From Guillardia theta CCMP2712 (taxonomy: Eukaryota; Protista; Cryptophyta), in the NCBI RefSeq assembly GCF_000315625.1, contig NW_005434569.1, positions 172,229 to 236,228 of the forward strand: a stretch of DNA of 64,000 nucleotides. Direction: 5' to 3'. This document shows positions 11,101-23,100 of this stretch, in pieces. How positions within the stretch are numbered: position 1 is the first letter of the stretch; the number at the start of each line of letters is the position of its first letter. The translations under genes and the position numbers were made by a program. The notes beneath the pieces were generated by a model. It was not told the origin of the DNA. It made no database searches and saw nothing but the letters and a program-made list of their open reading frames with translations.

Positions 11101-14100
11101 TGAGCAACGGCACGCGGGCGCAGTCACTCTTGCAGATCCAGAGGTTGTTCATGATCTCTGCCAATACGCTCTGATTCACCGACCTCAGCGGGCACTTGGA
11201 GAGCGCGTCCGTCGCGCTGCTGGCACAGAAGATCTCCGTTGCATTCTGCAGATGCAGGGCAATGGCATGCACGAGGCTGTTGTCGCGGGCAACATTGCAG
11301 ACCTTGCCAGGGCAGGGGCTCACCGATCCCAGGCTCGTAGAGCAAGAATCGGTGCTGCAGCGTGTAGAGACCCCAGTGGGTCTTGCCCCGTACCGGCTCC
11401 AGATGGCCTCGTTGGAGAGGACGGCGAAGTTGGGCTGCTGCCCCGTCCCGGCATACCATGAGTTCAGCGTGCTCTGCACCGAACCCACCGTCTCCGCATC
11501 CCAGCCCGTCCATGACAGCAGGTGGCTCTTGTTCACCCCCGTGACATTGAAGCAGTCGACCCAGGCAGGGTACCATCTCGTGCTCGTCCTGGGGTATTCC
11601 ACAGAGTAGAACTCGTCCGCATTGGGATCGCGGCTCCCCGCCGTCCCGTCGCGATAGAACACGTAGATGTCAACACCCCTGACGGACTGCACAAGGTCGA
11701 CGGGGGTAGAGAACCCGCCGAGCGACTGGCTGTCTCGCAGGCAGGTGGAGTCGGTGCGCAAGCAGATGTCGCCAGCTGGGTTGGTGACGTCGAGATCAAT
11801 GGTTGTGAACTGCACCGAGGCCAGCGATGGGTTGACGGCGCTTTGTATGTCCCGCACAAAGAGGAACTGCTTGCAATGCGTCTGCATTGAGATGTTATTC
11901 CCACCATTCACCCCTGGGGCGTTGAGGTACGTGTTGGTGCACCTGTCATCCTGCGAAGCATGAAGCAAATCGCAGGACTGCCCCGTGCGTTGGTCGTAGG
12001 ATGGGGTTGGATTGCAGACATTGATGGAACGGCAGTTCTGCGCAGAGTCACACAGTCGCACCTCGGGATCCTGATCCAGGTTCTTGGTGATCCCAGGCTC
12101 GTAACCGGGGAAGTTGCTGTACAGGCATGCGGTGGTTTGCAGCGTGTTGTCCCGTATGAGGCTCTGATACCTTCGGAACAGTGCACCGTTGTATTGCACG
12201 TCTCCGTAGGTAAAATCCTCCAGCGGCTCATCTTCACGCAGCACGGAGGACAGGATCGAGTCGAGCTCCGAGTCTAGGAATCGCCGGAAGATATTCGGGA
12301 AGTTGTACTGCAGGATGCCGCTGGTGGCATCGAAGTACTGCTTGTCTCGCGAGAGGAAGTCTGTCGCGAAATCCGCCCTCTGGAATGCCAGGTTTGCCCT
12401 CGCCGTGCGGTTCACCCCCGAGTTGGCAGCGGCGTATCCCAGGTTGATGTCACCGCTGAGGATGAAGTGCAGGACCTGGGTGAGCAGCGCTGGGATTCCG
12501 TCGTCGGCTGGGAGCCCGCCGTCGTCCTGATAGACAGGGTCCGTGTTGGTGATCTTGGTGCTGTCCGAGATGACATCGCTCGAGGTGGTGTATTGGTTGT
12601 ACGCCCAATCGTGGTTGTAACGGCTCTGGAGCTTGCGCAGCTGCACGTAAGTCAGGTTGATGTACTCAGGGTGCGAGGAATAGCCCATCGCTGCCGTGAC
12701 GTCGGCCTGCGCCTGCAGCAGCTTCGAGTACAGCGTGTCGTAGATGCTGAGGGCAATCTGGTCTTGGTTCACCACCGCCCGCCTCGATGATTGCAGGTAC
12801 AGCGCATTGGCCATCATCAGGAATTGCCTCACCGTCGACGGTTGATAGCCCGCGGTGTGTGAGTTCTTCCAGCCCGCACAGGGCACTTGATCGATGTTGC
12901 CGGCGATCATGCCGTCGATGTTCACGTCGCCGTCTAGAATGACGCACTGCGCCCACCACTTCATCGGGATCTCCATCTGTGAGGCGTCATCATAAAAGTA
13001 CAGCGTCATGTAGGGGTAGAAGTAGGTGGGTACCCCGGGCTCGAACTCGTATGCATACCACTGTGTTGCCTCGTTGGTTGATTCGGACTGCGCGTAGAGC
13101 GACATCGTATTGTACACATTCGCGATGCACACTGCCTGCTGCTGGTACTCCTCCCAGGTGTTGAAACCTCGCTTGAAACCACGGAGCAGGATATCATTCA
13201 ACGCGCTTGCCACCTTGTTCCGGTCTGCCAATGCATAGCTGTATTTGTAGTAGCGGCAGAGGGTGCCTACTGCCTGCTCGTTGATGTACGAAGGATTGAA
13301 CTGACAGGAGGCCTTGAGGACGTCGTAGTCCTCGCATAGCATGCGCGCGATGGGGTTTGTCAATGGGTCCATACGGCATGGGACCCCATCCGTCAGGGTT
13401 GTGGAGGAGGTTGACAGATCCACAAGATATCCGGCACTGCCGCAATACAGTGCGTCCTGCAGGGTGTAGGCATCCCTCCTCGTCCCAAGATTCTGCAGGT
13501 TGAGCCTGTTGATCAATCTGCCCTGCATCTTGTATCCCATGACATAGAAGTCCTGCAAGAAGCAGATCTGCAGTTCGGAGCACATGGAGAGGGAGAGGGA
13601 TATGTTCCCAAAGGAGTCCTCACGGTTGTACCCCTGGTAAGGGGCCAGGAATCCCGTCCTCTTCCTCTCCAGGCTGCCGAGCTTGCAGAGCTGCAGGGAC
13701 CACTTGTTGTCACCCGACGAGACCCAGGTCCTGGTAGTCTCCCCCTGTGCCTCCACCGGCAAGGGGATCCCAAGGCTGTCAACAGTAGTGGATGGATTGC
13801 CGACACAGGATGGGAACTGGAACTGGTAGTCCATATCGCAGGTGTGAGGCTCCATCTGCAGGATCCCGCGGTCGAACATGTCGAGCCGTATCTGCGCGTC
13901 GGTGAGGTATGGGTCTGTGCTGGGCCATTGGATGTCATCGGGGATATTTGCCAGCGTCGCTGTTGCAGCACCCGCAACCCCGGAGCGGGCGATCAGCTGC
14001 TCGTACTCGAACCAGGAGCGGAAGCCGCAGAGCCCGTGCCGGGAGAGGAAGTCCTGCGAGTTCTGCCAGGGTGAATGACCGAGGGTCTCCGTGCCGCATG

Positions 14101-17100
14101 CCTCCGAATTGACATGCATCTCCACGGGCCACGGGGCGTAGTTCCGCAGCATGACGTGCGGGTCTACACAGGTTCCCATGCCGGTGCAGACCCTTCCGGC
14201 GGCACCGCAATGATAATTCTGGTAGCATTCCATTGCCAATGCATTCTGCACTACGCACACCCCGTCCATCTCCTTCCCCTCCGCGTCCGACCATGCCCTC
14301 AGGCACTTGAAACCCTCCCCATAGAGTGAGACGCAGTCCCCGTCCGCGGTGCAGGTAAAGAAGTCGGTCTGGCCGCAGTCCCCGTTCCATCCCACCGCCG
14401 TGTGATTGGGGAGGCGGTAGCGCTGCAAGTCGGTGCTTGACTGGGGCCAGGATACCGCTGGGAGCATGCCTGGCCACCAGCGGTAGAGCATGCCCGACGA
14501 TGGGAAGGATTGGTCCGACTGCCGGCCGTTGCTTGGGACATCGCTCCAGCTCGTTGCAGCCGTGGACTGCACAAAGGTGCCAGAGGGGGCGGTGTCTGCC
14601 TTGATGGGCTGTGTGGGATCCATCCTCTGCCCGCTGGTCCATCGGCTTTGGAGCCTCACGTTGTTGGTCTCCCACATGGGCATGCCGTAGGATGCCGAGC
14701 TGCAGGTGGAGGCGGCACCAAAGTAATTGCGAAGCAGCGTCTCGTTCTGCAGTCTCCGCGTGTCGAGCACGAGGTAGCGCTCGTCGGTGGCAGTGTCATA
14801 GTCGACGGACATCCAGGTGTCGAACGCCCTGTATGCCGTCTCCGTGTGCCGGCAGCCGGTGGTGACATGGTAACCCGTCGGGTGGATCCAGTGGCTTGGC
14901 CAGTAGTCGAGGAGGGCATCGGCGTGCTCGTTGCTCCCCAGCGCCGTCCCTGCTAGGAGGCCCTCCCCGAGCCTTCCACCGAGGATCGACACCGTCTGCA
15001 GGTTGCGCCTGTCGTTGAGAGTCATCTGGAAGGTGTCGATATACTGCTGCTCGTAGGTGTTGATGCTGGATGCGAGGGTCTGCATGTCCGAAGCGGATAG
15101 ACCTGTGTTCTGCAGCTCCTCGCTCGGAACCACTGTTGGCACGGTCATGGTGGACAGGCGCATGTCGTCGTCGTCGAGGGTGCGCGGATCGATGGGGAGC
15201 TGGCAGGTGCCGGTGGTGTCGGACCAGGTGTATCCCTTGCATGCCACACCCTGCAGGCTTGCACAGAGGCACGGGTCGTGGAAGACCCCGTCGCAGTACA
15301 CAAGGCAGTCCGAGGTTGCGTAGGCATTGGTGCAGCTCACAGAATGAGAATAGGGGCACTTGGAGCTGTCAAAGGTGGCGGAGAGGCCGCCAGATGGCAC
15401 AATGTCGTAGATCCCATGCAGATTGCAGAGCGAGACAAGCCGCACCTGTGTCACGCATCGCAGCCTCCAGAGATCCACCGTTGTCCTCTGTGATCCTATC
15501 TCTGGGTTCGGTGTGGTGGATTGATAGATGGCGTCTACGTGGAGCAGGGCCTCCAGCCGTGCCAGCTCCAGCACGAACCTTGAGCAGAACGCCTCGGTGG
15601 ACGAGGAGTGAACCGTCCTCGCCATGGGCATCAGATGATCGCGGAAGTGTGCATCCACCCTTGCCAGGTCCTTGACGTAGTCCTTGAACCCATTGCTGGA
15701 GTGATCGCTGTTGGTGTCATCGATGCAATCCTCGATGGCAGCACTGGTGTCGGTGTCTGCATTGTACAGTTTGTGCTTTCGGGACGAGGGATTGAGGAAC
15801 TCCGGGTAGTTCTGCTGTAGGTAATCCATGTTGGCAAGCCTCAACCCAGATGTGCCATGCGTGAGGAGGTCCGCCCAGTCAAAGTCGTAACCCCCCAAGA
15901 GGGAGCCCTGCACTCCCACGGCCCACTTGTCCACCTTGGTATCGCTCACAATTCCCCATACATCCGACAGCTGCATATCCGTGCAGACCCAGGTGGGCAT
16001 CCACACGGCTTCCATCGTACGGTAAACCGCCAACCACTGCGAGAAGGTGGAATAGGACCCTGCAGAGCAGATCGAGTAGAATTCCTGTATTGTTGCGGCG
16101 TCCAGAGCGGTCCCCTGCAAAGACGCCGTCTGGCAAACACCCGTGGGAACAGAGCAGCTTGTGCCGTCTGTGGATTTCCAACCGCAGTAGCAGCGGGTGG
16201 TGAAAGAGGACAGGTTCAGCCCGTAGGCCCCGTACGATGCCGTCTGCATACCCGTGAGATGAGGGGGCATCGTGTAGGATGTCCCGCTGGCATCCAGGGT
16301 GATGCGGTTGCCCGAGGCCGAGGGGAGGATGTCATAGGCGACGGGCCTTACCGTGGATTGGGAGTCCCTGCATCGCTGGCTCTTGGATGGCATGTACCTC
16401 ACATCCCCTCCCCTGAATCCGTGATAGAACGGCGACTCTGCCTTGGCCTTGGAGAGCAGCGTCTGCACCGTCTCCTCGATGCCGTCAACGTATCCCGAGG
16501 AGGGGGTCGCCGTGGCATCGTGCTGGTAGGCGCTGTAGATGGTGTCAAGTGCAAGCCCGTCCAGCGTGCTGTTGAGGGGGAGGACGGCAAAGGTCTGCGA
16601 GAGAACGTTGGTGCACACCTGCCAGAGGTTCTGCGACGATTTCGGGTCGAGTATGTCCTCCGTGTCGTACCGGAGGATGGGTTTCGAGGTGTCAAACAGG
16701 GACTCATCCTTGGCCTGCGTCTTCTGGCTCTCCGTGAGGTTGGAGGAGTATTCATTGAACATTGTCACATTGGTGTAGATGTCGATGATGTGCTGGTTGA
16801 TCTTCTCGTAGATGCCCGAGAGCACATCCTCCGTCTCTAGGATGTCAAAGTTGATGCCCTGGATGTCCTTCGAAGTCCAGAGGTCCGGCTCGTTGGCCTT
16901 GCAGCAACGGAGGTTGTTCGTTCCGTCTCCGCACTGGCAGCCAAACAGGAGGGTGTTTGTGAGGACATCGCGGAATTGCCTCAGCTTCGCCCTCACCCCA
17001 TTCTGCACGGCCTGTCGGAGCAGGTTGTTGCTGCTATCGGTGTTGAATCTCTTCAGCGTCTGGATGAAGCTGTGGATGATTGCCATCCTTCCCGGCCCGC

Positions 17101-20100
17101 CGCAGGAGAAGGGGGAGACCTGCGGGCAGCATGCGTCTTGGGCGGGGTCGCAGCCTGCCGATGGAATCTGGAATGTGCGATCCAGGGTGGAGGATCGGTA
17201 GTACTGAAGGACCTGAAGCGAGCGCGATCCGCCCGACGGCCAGAGCTCGGCTGCGGAGAACGGCCCTAGGAAGTAACAGTCGAAGAGCTGGTGGATGACA
17301 TCCCCCTCCATTGAGAAGAAGTTGAGGTCCAGCTCTGTGTTGGACCAGCCCAGCACCTCGGGTGTGAATAGCGCCCTGGCCTCCGCCGCCACCGCATCGT
17401 ACTCGTCCTGAACGGACTGGTACAGGGCCTGCGATCCGGGCACGTAGCTCACCGCATGCAGCGAGGCGATCGGGACGCGGTTGCTCGTCCTCCCCGACCA
17501 GATGTATTGCGGGAGCTGGCACTGTGAGGAGAGCGAGGTGCTCAGGCACTGGCTGAACTCGTGGGCAATCGCCGGATTGGGGTTCTGTGCCGGACCCGTG
17601 AAGACCTCGCAGCCATCGATGTCTGCATAGTCCGCATTGTCGGAGGAGAAGCTTGCGATGCTATACAGGAAGTAATTCACACGGCTTGTGTTCATCAGGG
17701 TGAGGTAGCCGAGGAGGCAGGCATCCGTTCCGGTTCCCACGCGCACGGACTCGGAGAAGCAATTCAGCACCGATTGCTGGATGAATGAGGGGTTGTACAC
17801 ATTGTCGATGATGAATCCAAGGTTTTGCAGGTCTGGATAGAGCTTGTAGTTGGAGATGTAGGCAGCCCCCGTGTCCCACACCTTGTTGGCAAAGTTGGAT
17901 CGGCAGCGCGTGAGCACCGTCCCTGCATCGATCCCCTGACGCTCTAACAAGGGGAGCGTTGGGCGGTAGGTGTCGCAGCTCCCAAACCGCGTGGTGGTAG
18001 CCATGCAACGCAGGTAGGCATCCATCCCCTTGCCCGTCGATGGGTTGTATCGGCATGCGTCGACCAGCTCCTGGAACGTGTACGGGTTGAATATGAGGTA
18101 TGGCTTGCCGTCGGACCTCAGGATCTGCATCACACCGGTGCACCAGAAGGCATGCTCCCGGATGCCCTCACCCCTCCTCGCGCTGTTGATGTGGTGAGCA
18201 TAGTCCCCGCACGCACACTTTGCAATGGTCGTCGTTGTGATATCCGGCAGCTTGCAGTGCTTCTCGTCGATGGTCTGCAGCACATCCATGAACCCGTAGA
18301 CCACGCCTCGCATGTAGCTCAGCGTCGCATCCGCGGAGTGGTACAGCGGTGAGAGGTTCAGCGTAAACCCCAGGTCGATGAAGCGGCTGGCCACCTGCGA
18401 GGCCGCGTTGTTTAGTGTGGAGGAGCTGCCGCCAAGGGCAAACGATTGGACGTCCTGCCCAAACACCTGAGTGAGGCAGACGCCTGTCATGTCTGCCGTG
18501 GCCGATTGTATGTCGGCATTGCTGATGACCATCTGCATGTTGCCAAACAGATCGGTGTTCAGGATCCCCAGCACGCTGTTGGTTGTGCATACCATGATCT
18601 TTTGTGTCACGGTTGCTATGTAGATAGGCAGTATCAGTATCTGTGAGAACATGTTTGTGATGCTAGCCATAGACAGGGTCGAGCGCGCATTGAAGCTGGG
18701 GTCAAAGGGGACGAGGGAGACAGCCTGTGAGCTCAGGATCTGCTGCGCCTTCATCGTGATGCCGTTGATCAGCGAGGCGATCATCCCCACGGTGGTGACA
18801 ATGATGTCCTTGGCCTCGCACATGGTGGAGGCGAAGACCTCGTCGGGCCACTCGATCCTCACCACACCGTTGAGCTGTCCCGTGCTTGCATCGACAAGGA
18901 GCTTCATGTTCTGTGAGAAGATCATGTAGATACTCTGTAGGATCGTGAGGATCTGTCTTGTGACCATCTCTGCCGACGCCCCGATGGCGCAGAGTGGGCG
19001 TTGGTAGTTCACCGTCGTCCCTATGCAGTTGGCAACCGCGCACTGCGATGCCGCATAGCAGAGCCTCTGCACAGTGGGGTATCCCATGCATCCCGTGCAA
19101 TCGTCAACGCTGCAGTTCTTCTTGAGCGTTGTCAGGATCTGGTAGGCAGTGCTGAATGCCCTCTGCCCCGCCCACACACCGGAGGCGATATTCAGGCGGA
19201 TGTCGGAGAGCCACGTTGTTGTCACCCTCTCGTTTGCAATCGCGAAGATGGTCATGGACGATTGCTGCGAGGGCCCGTTGTATCCAGAGAGGGAGTTCTG
19301 CGACATCTTCGGTGTCTGGCGTATGATCTGGTTGTCCTGTGTGATGGATATCTTGGGGTTCGCCACGGTGGCCAATCCCAGGGTTGTCGCAAGGTTGGAG
19401 CTCATCCCCGTGGGGTGGCAGGTGAGGACGTCCACGTTCCGATCACAAACCCTGACGCTGTAGCCATCCGTAATGGGGAACAGCGCTATCCCACTGCAGG
19501 AGGGGTCCAGGCATGTCACATAGGGGGTGTCGATGGTCGAGAAGATGTTCTGATTGTCAGAGCACTGCTGGATTGTGTAGGCAGAGGTCTTCAGTGCTAC
19601 GAGCTGCGCGAACTTCTTCGTGTCAAGATAGATGTGAATGCAGACCCATGCCGTGGAAGGGTTGCCATTGATGGTCTGTATGGTGGTTCCTTCTATGAAG
19701 ATATCCGCAATGTCGTCGCTTGGGAAGACCACCATATCCTCGATGGTGTAGAGATCGGTGAGGAGTATCGGGTTCTGTGACGCTGGAATGGTCTGCACAA
19801 GGGTGTAGCTCTGCCTCTGGTTGCTGATGAGGAAGACGCTGCTCACCGTGGCGGCCACCAGGATGTTGCTCTCACCGATGGAGTCAATGAGATTGATGCT
19901 GGCATAGCTCAACCGCATCACCGACGACGACCACTCCTTGCTCTCCGCCACCGAGTAATCGATCGCCTTGTTGGCAAAGGACCCGTCGGTGACGACCGCA
20001 CTCGTCCGGATCCCCGTCTTGAGGTTCGACGGCAGGCAATACGCCTTGGACACCAGATTCAGCCCGGTGTCAATCCCGGCGATCGCGATGCACCGATCCG

Positions 20101-23100
20101 GCTGCTGCGGTGGGCCGGAGACGGATATGTCACCGTGGCAGATGCGGTTGCACCCCGAGATCTCAACCATGGTGATGATGTTGAATGGGAGCCTGTTGGT
20201 TCCGTAGTACTCGTCGTTGGAGCTGAAGAATCGGCTCTCTATGCTTGTCGTCTGGTTCATCTGGTACACCAGAGGCTTTCCCTGTGAGACCTGCCTCAGG
20301 GCCGTGTCGAATGCGTTGTACTCCTCCCCGCACGCCAGATTGCAGAGGTTTGTGTGTGCGCACATCTGGAAGTAATCCACCGGCTCGGGGAGGATCGCCA
20401 TCACGTAGTCGGAGGTGTAGAAGTTGTCGCATATGCCACTCTTGGGATCGAACGCAATGAAGAGGTAATCAAAGACCGAGCCAATGCTGCTGATGCCACG
20501 GTAGAGCTCGGTGAATGTACTGTCGAACGCGGTGGTGATCTTGTCGTTTGTCAGGTTCACCATGAGGCTGCACATCGTGGTGCGGCTCCCTCCTGAGAGC
20601 TGCAGAAGATCGCTGATCACCGGTCGGAATGCAACGGGAGCCCAAGGGTAGCAAGAGTCCTTCACATACTGGCTGTAGTCCTTGCCCTGTGCATCTTTGC
20701 AGACGCAGGTGACCACAGGGAAGTACACGAAAAACACATTCACAAAATCAAACCCGTCCAGCATGGACGTTGCAAACATTCGGCAGAAATGCCTGAGGGC
20801 CGAGGCGGGCGGGTTGGAATAGCCGAGGATCATGCTGGCACCATCGCACATCTCGATGCTGGGCTGCAGGAGATACTGGCTGACGTCGTCGTGCAACCCT
20901 GTGAGGACATAGAAGATCCCGGCATCGATGGGCTGGCCGGCGGCTAGCTTCAGGACATACTCCATGATCAGCCTCTCCATGAGATGCAGGAAGAGGATGA
21001 TGCTGTTGCTGCCAACCCTGACAAAGCTGCCAAATACTCGCACCCATGGGGGCATAGAGAATGTGAGCGTAGAGGTCAGTCTCTTAAGGGGTTTGTTAAA
21101 ATCTACGGCCGTCAGCACAACGTCCATGAATTTCGGGGCACCGGAGGATTGGTAGGTCTTGATCACACTTGTCCCGATTACCATCTGCTTGATCGAGAGC
21201 AGCACCACGTTGTTCTTGCTGAGCTGCTGCCCGAATGTTGCGATCTTTACAAACGACATGTAATACAGAGAGGAGGCGCGCTGGAACGAGCGGAATGCAT
21301 TGTCCACATTGAGTATATCCTTCCCACATGCCAGCAGCAATGAATGCCCGAATGTTACAGAGGGGCATTCCGTGAATCTGTACCAGTCGCCGGCGCTGAA
21401 GACGGCAGGGAAGAGAACGATGATATTAATCGGCAGCCGCATGAATTCGAGCACCCCGGAGAAGCTCTCCGCCAGGCTGCTGCCAATCTCCGGCATCCTT
21501 CTCATGCTAGGGCAGAGGAGCCCCTCGCTGAGCATGGATTGTGGGACGAGCTCCTGGAACATCTGCGTTGCCGGGCCCTCGTTTGTGGCGGGGTTCACAA
21601 AGTAGACGGCGTAGGCATACCCGCTGTAACCGGCCCTCGGCTGTCTAGTGACGGTATCGAAGCTTTGCATGCTGGACTGCAACACCGTCACGGCGACATT
21701 GTACTCGTTAATGTACTCCAGATGCACGACCGACATGTTGTAGAGCGCACCGCAATTGCTCACCGCCTGATTCCCGTTGAAGCCCTCGAACGTCCATGTC
21801 ATCACCGCCGCCCCTGTCGTCTGCGATTGATCCAGGGAGAATGCATTGAACTTCCAAACCCTGATCATGCCGTAGCTGGAGTCTACGGTGATGGAGAAAC
21901 CGGCGTTGAGGCCAGCGCAATAGTCCGAGAAGGCCTGGTAGACCTCTGGGTTCGGGTTGGTGGCGTACAGGATCGCCCATTCGCTGGTTGTCGACGGGTT
22001 GTAGATCTCGGGGTAGGCCTGGTAGGCATAGGGGATGCCAATCTCGTTGGGTTGCACGGTGCTAGAGCAAGACTTGCTCCCTAGGCATATGTCGTGTGCC
22101 GGGATCAGGCCCGGAAGGTCAACAAGCCTGTAGGTGTAGTCGTCCTGCCCGAAGATCCTCGATACCTTCACATTCCACTGCGCCAGGCCGTCTTGGTATG
22201 CCGTCAAGACCACATCGCCTGCAAAGACAAAGGGTTGGTAGGTCTCGCGGATCGTCGGTGTGCTGACGTCCTGCGGGAACTGGTAGGCGGGGGTGACATT
22301 CAGATCCATCCTCGATGCCACATCCTTGCTGTTCACACAGGTCTGTGTAGCAGGGTCCCAGCTCATCTGCGAGGCGGCATCGGACACCACGCCGTTGACA
22401 ATCTGGAACCTTGCCTTGGCGGTGGAGGACAGCGAGGATATCAGCGCACCCGCCGAGGAGGTAGCAACGCCGCAGTCTCTCAGGATATACTGCACGGAGT
22501 CCCTCCAGTCATTGGCGCCGTAGAGCACGATCCCCTGGTTCACACTCCCCGTCAGGTGGATCCCGATGCAATACGGGTAGCAGGAGAACCCGGTGAAACC
22601 AGGGATGCAGGCCGGATCGGGGACACCCGAGAAGGAGCAGTGCGGCATCACGTAGATGGCGGCGTCCGCCTGATTCTGAGCGTTGAGAAGGGAGCTGTCC
22701 ACCTGTGTCGCACCTTTGATCTGATTCCAGGAGTTGGCAGACACCGTGCTTGCAGAGACCCTGCTCGCGGGCCAGCGCAAAGACTGCACCTCGATCTTCA
22801 GCCTCTTGCAGGTGACATACTGGCTGGAGCTCGGAATGGCGAAGCTGACGGGGATCTTCTGCGTTGCATTGGTGGAATTCGCAGCCATCGTCTGGTACTT
22901 GTCTCCGTTGACATAGCTCTGCAGGACCTCCTGCATCATCCCGGCGGTGAACTGCACATTGGCACGGGAGAGGTAGGGGACGATGGCACAGGTGATCCTC
23001 ACCCCCTCCCCGGCAATATCCAGGCACTCGCACCCCAGCATGCCGGTGGAGAAGTGCCCAGCATCGTCTCCCTCGGGGAGCTCCCCGTATTTCACAGCCG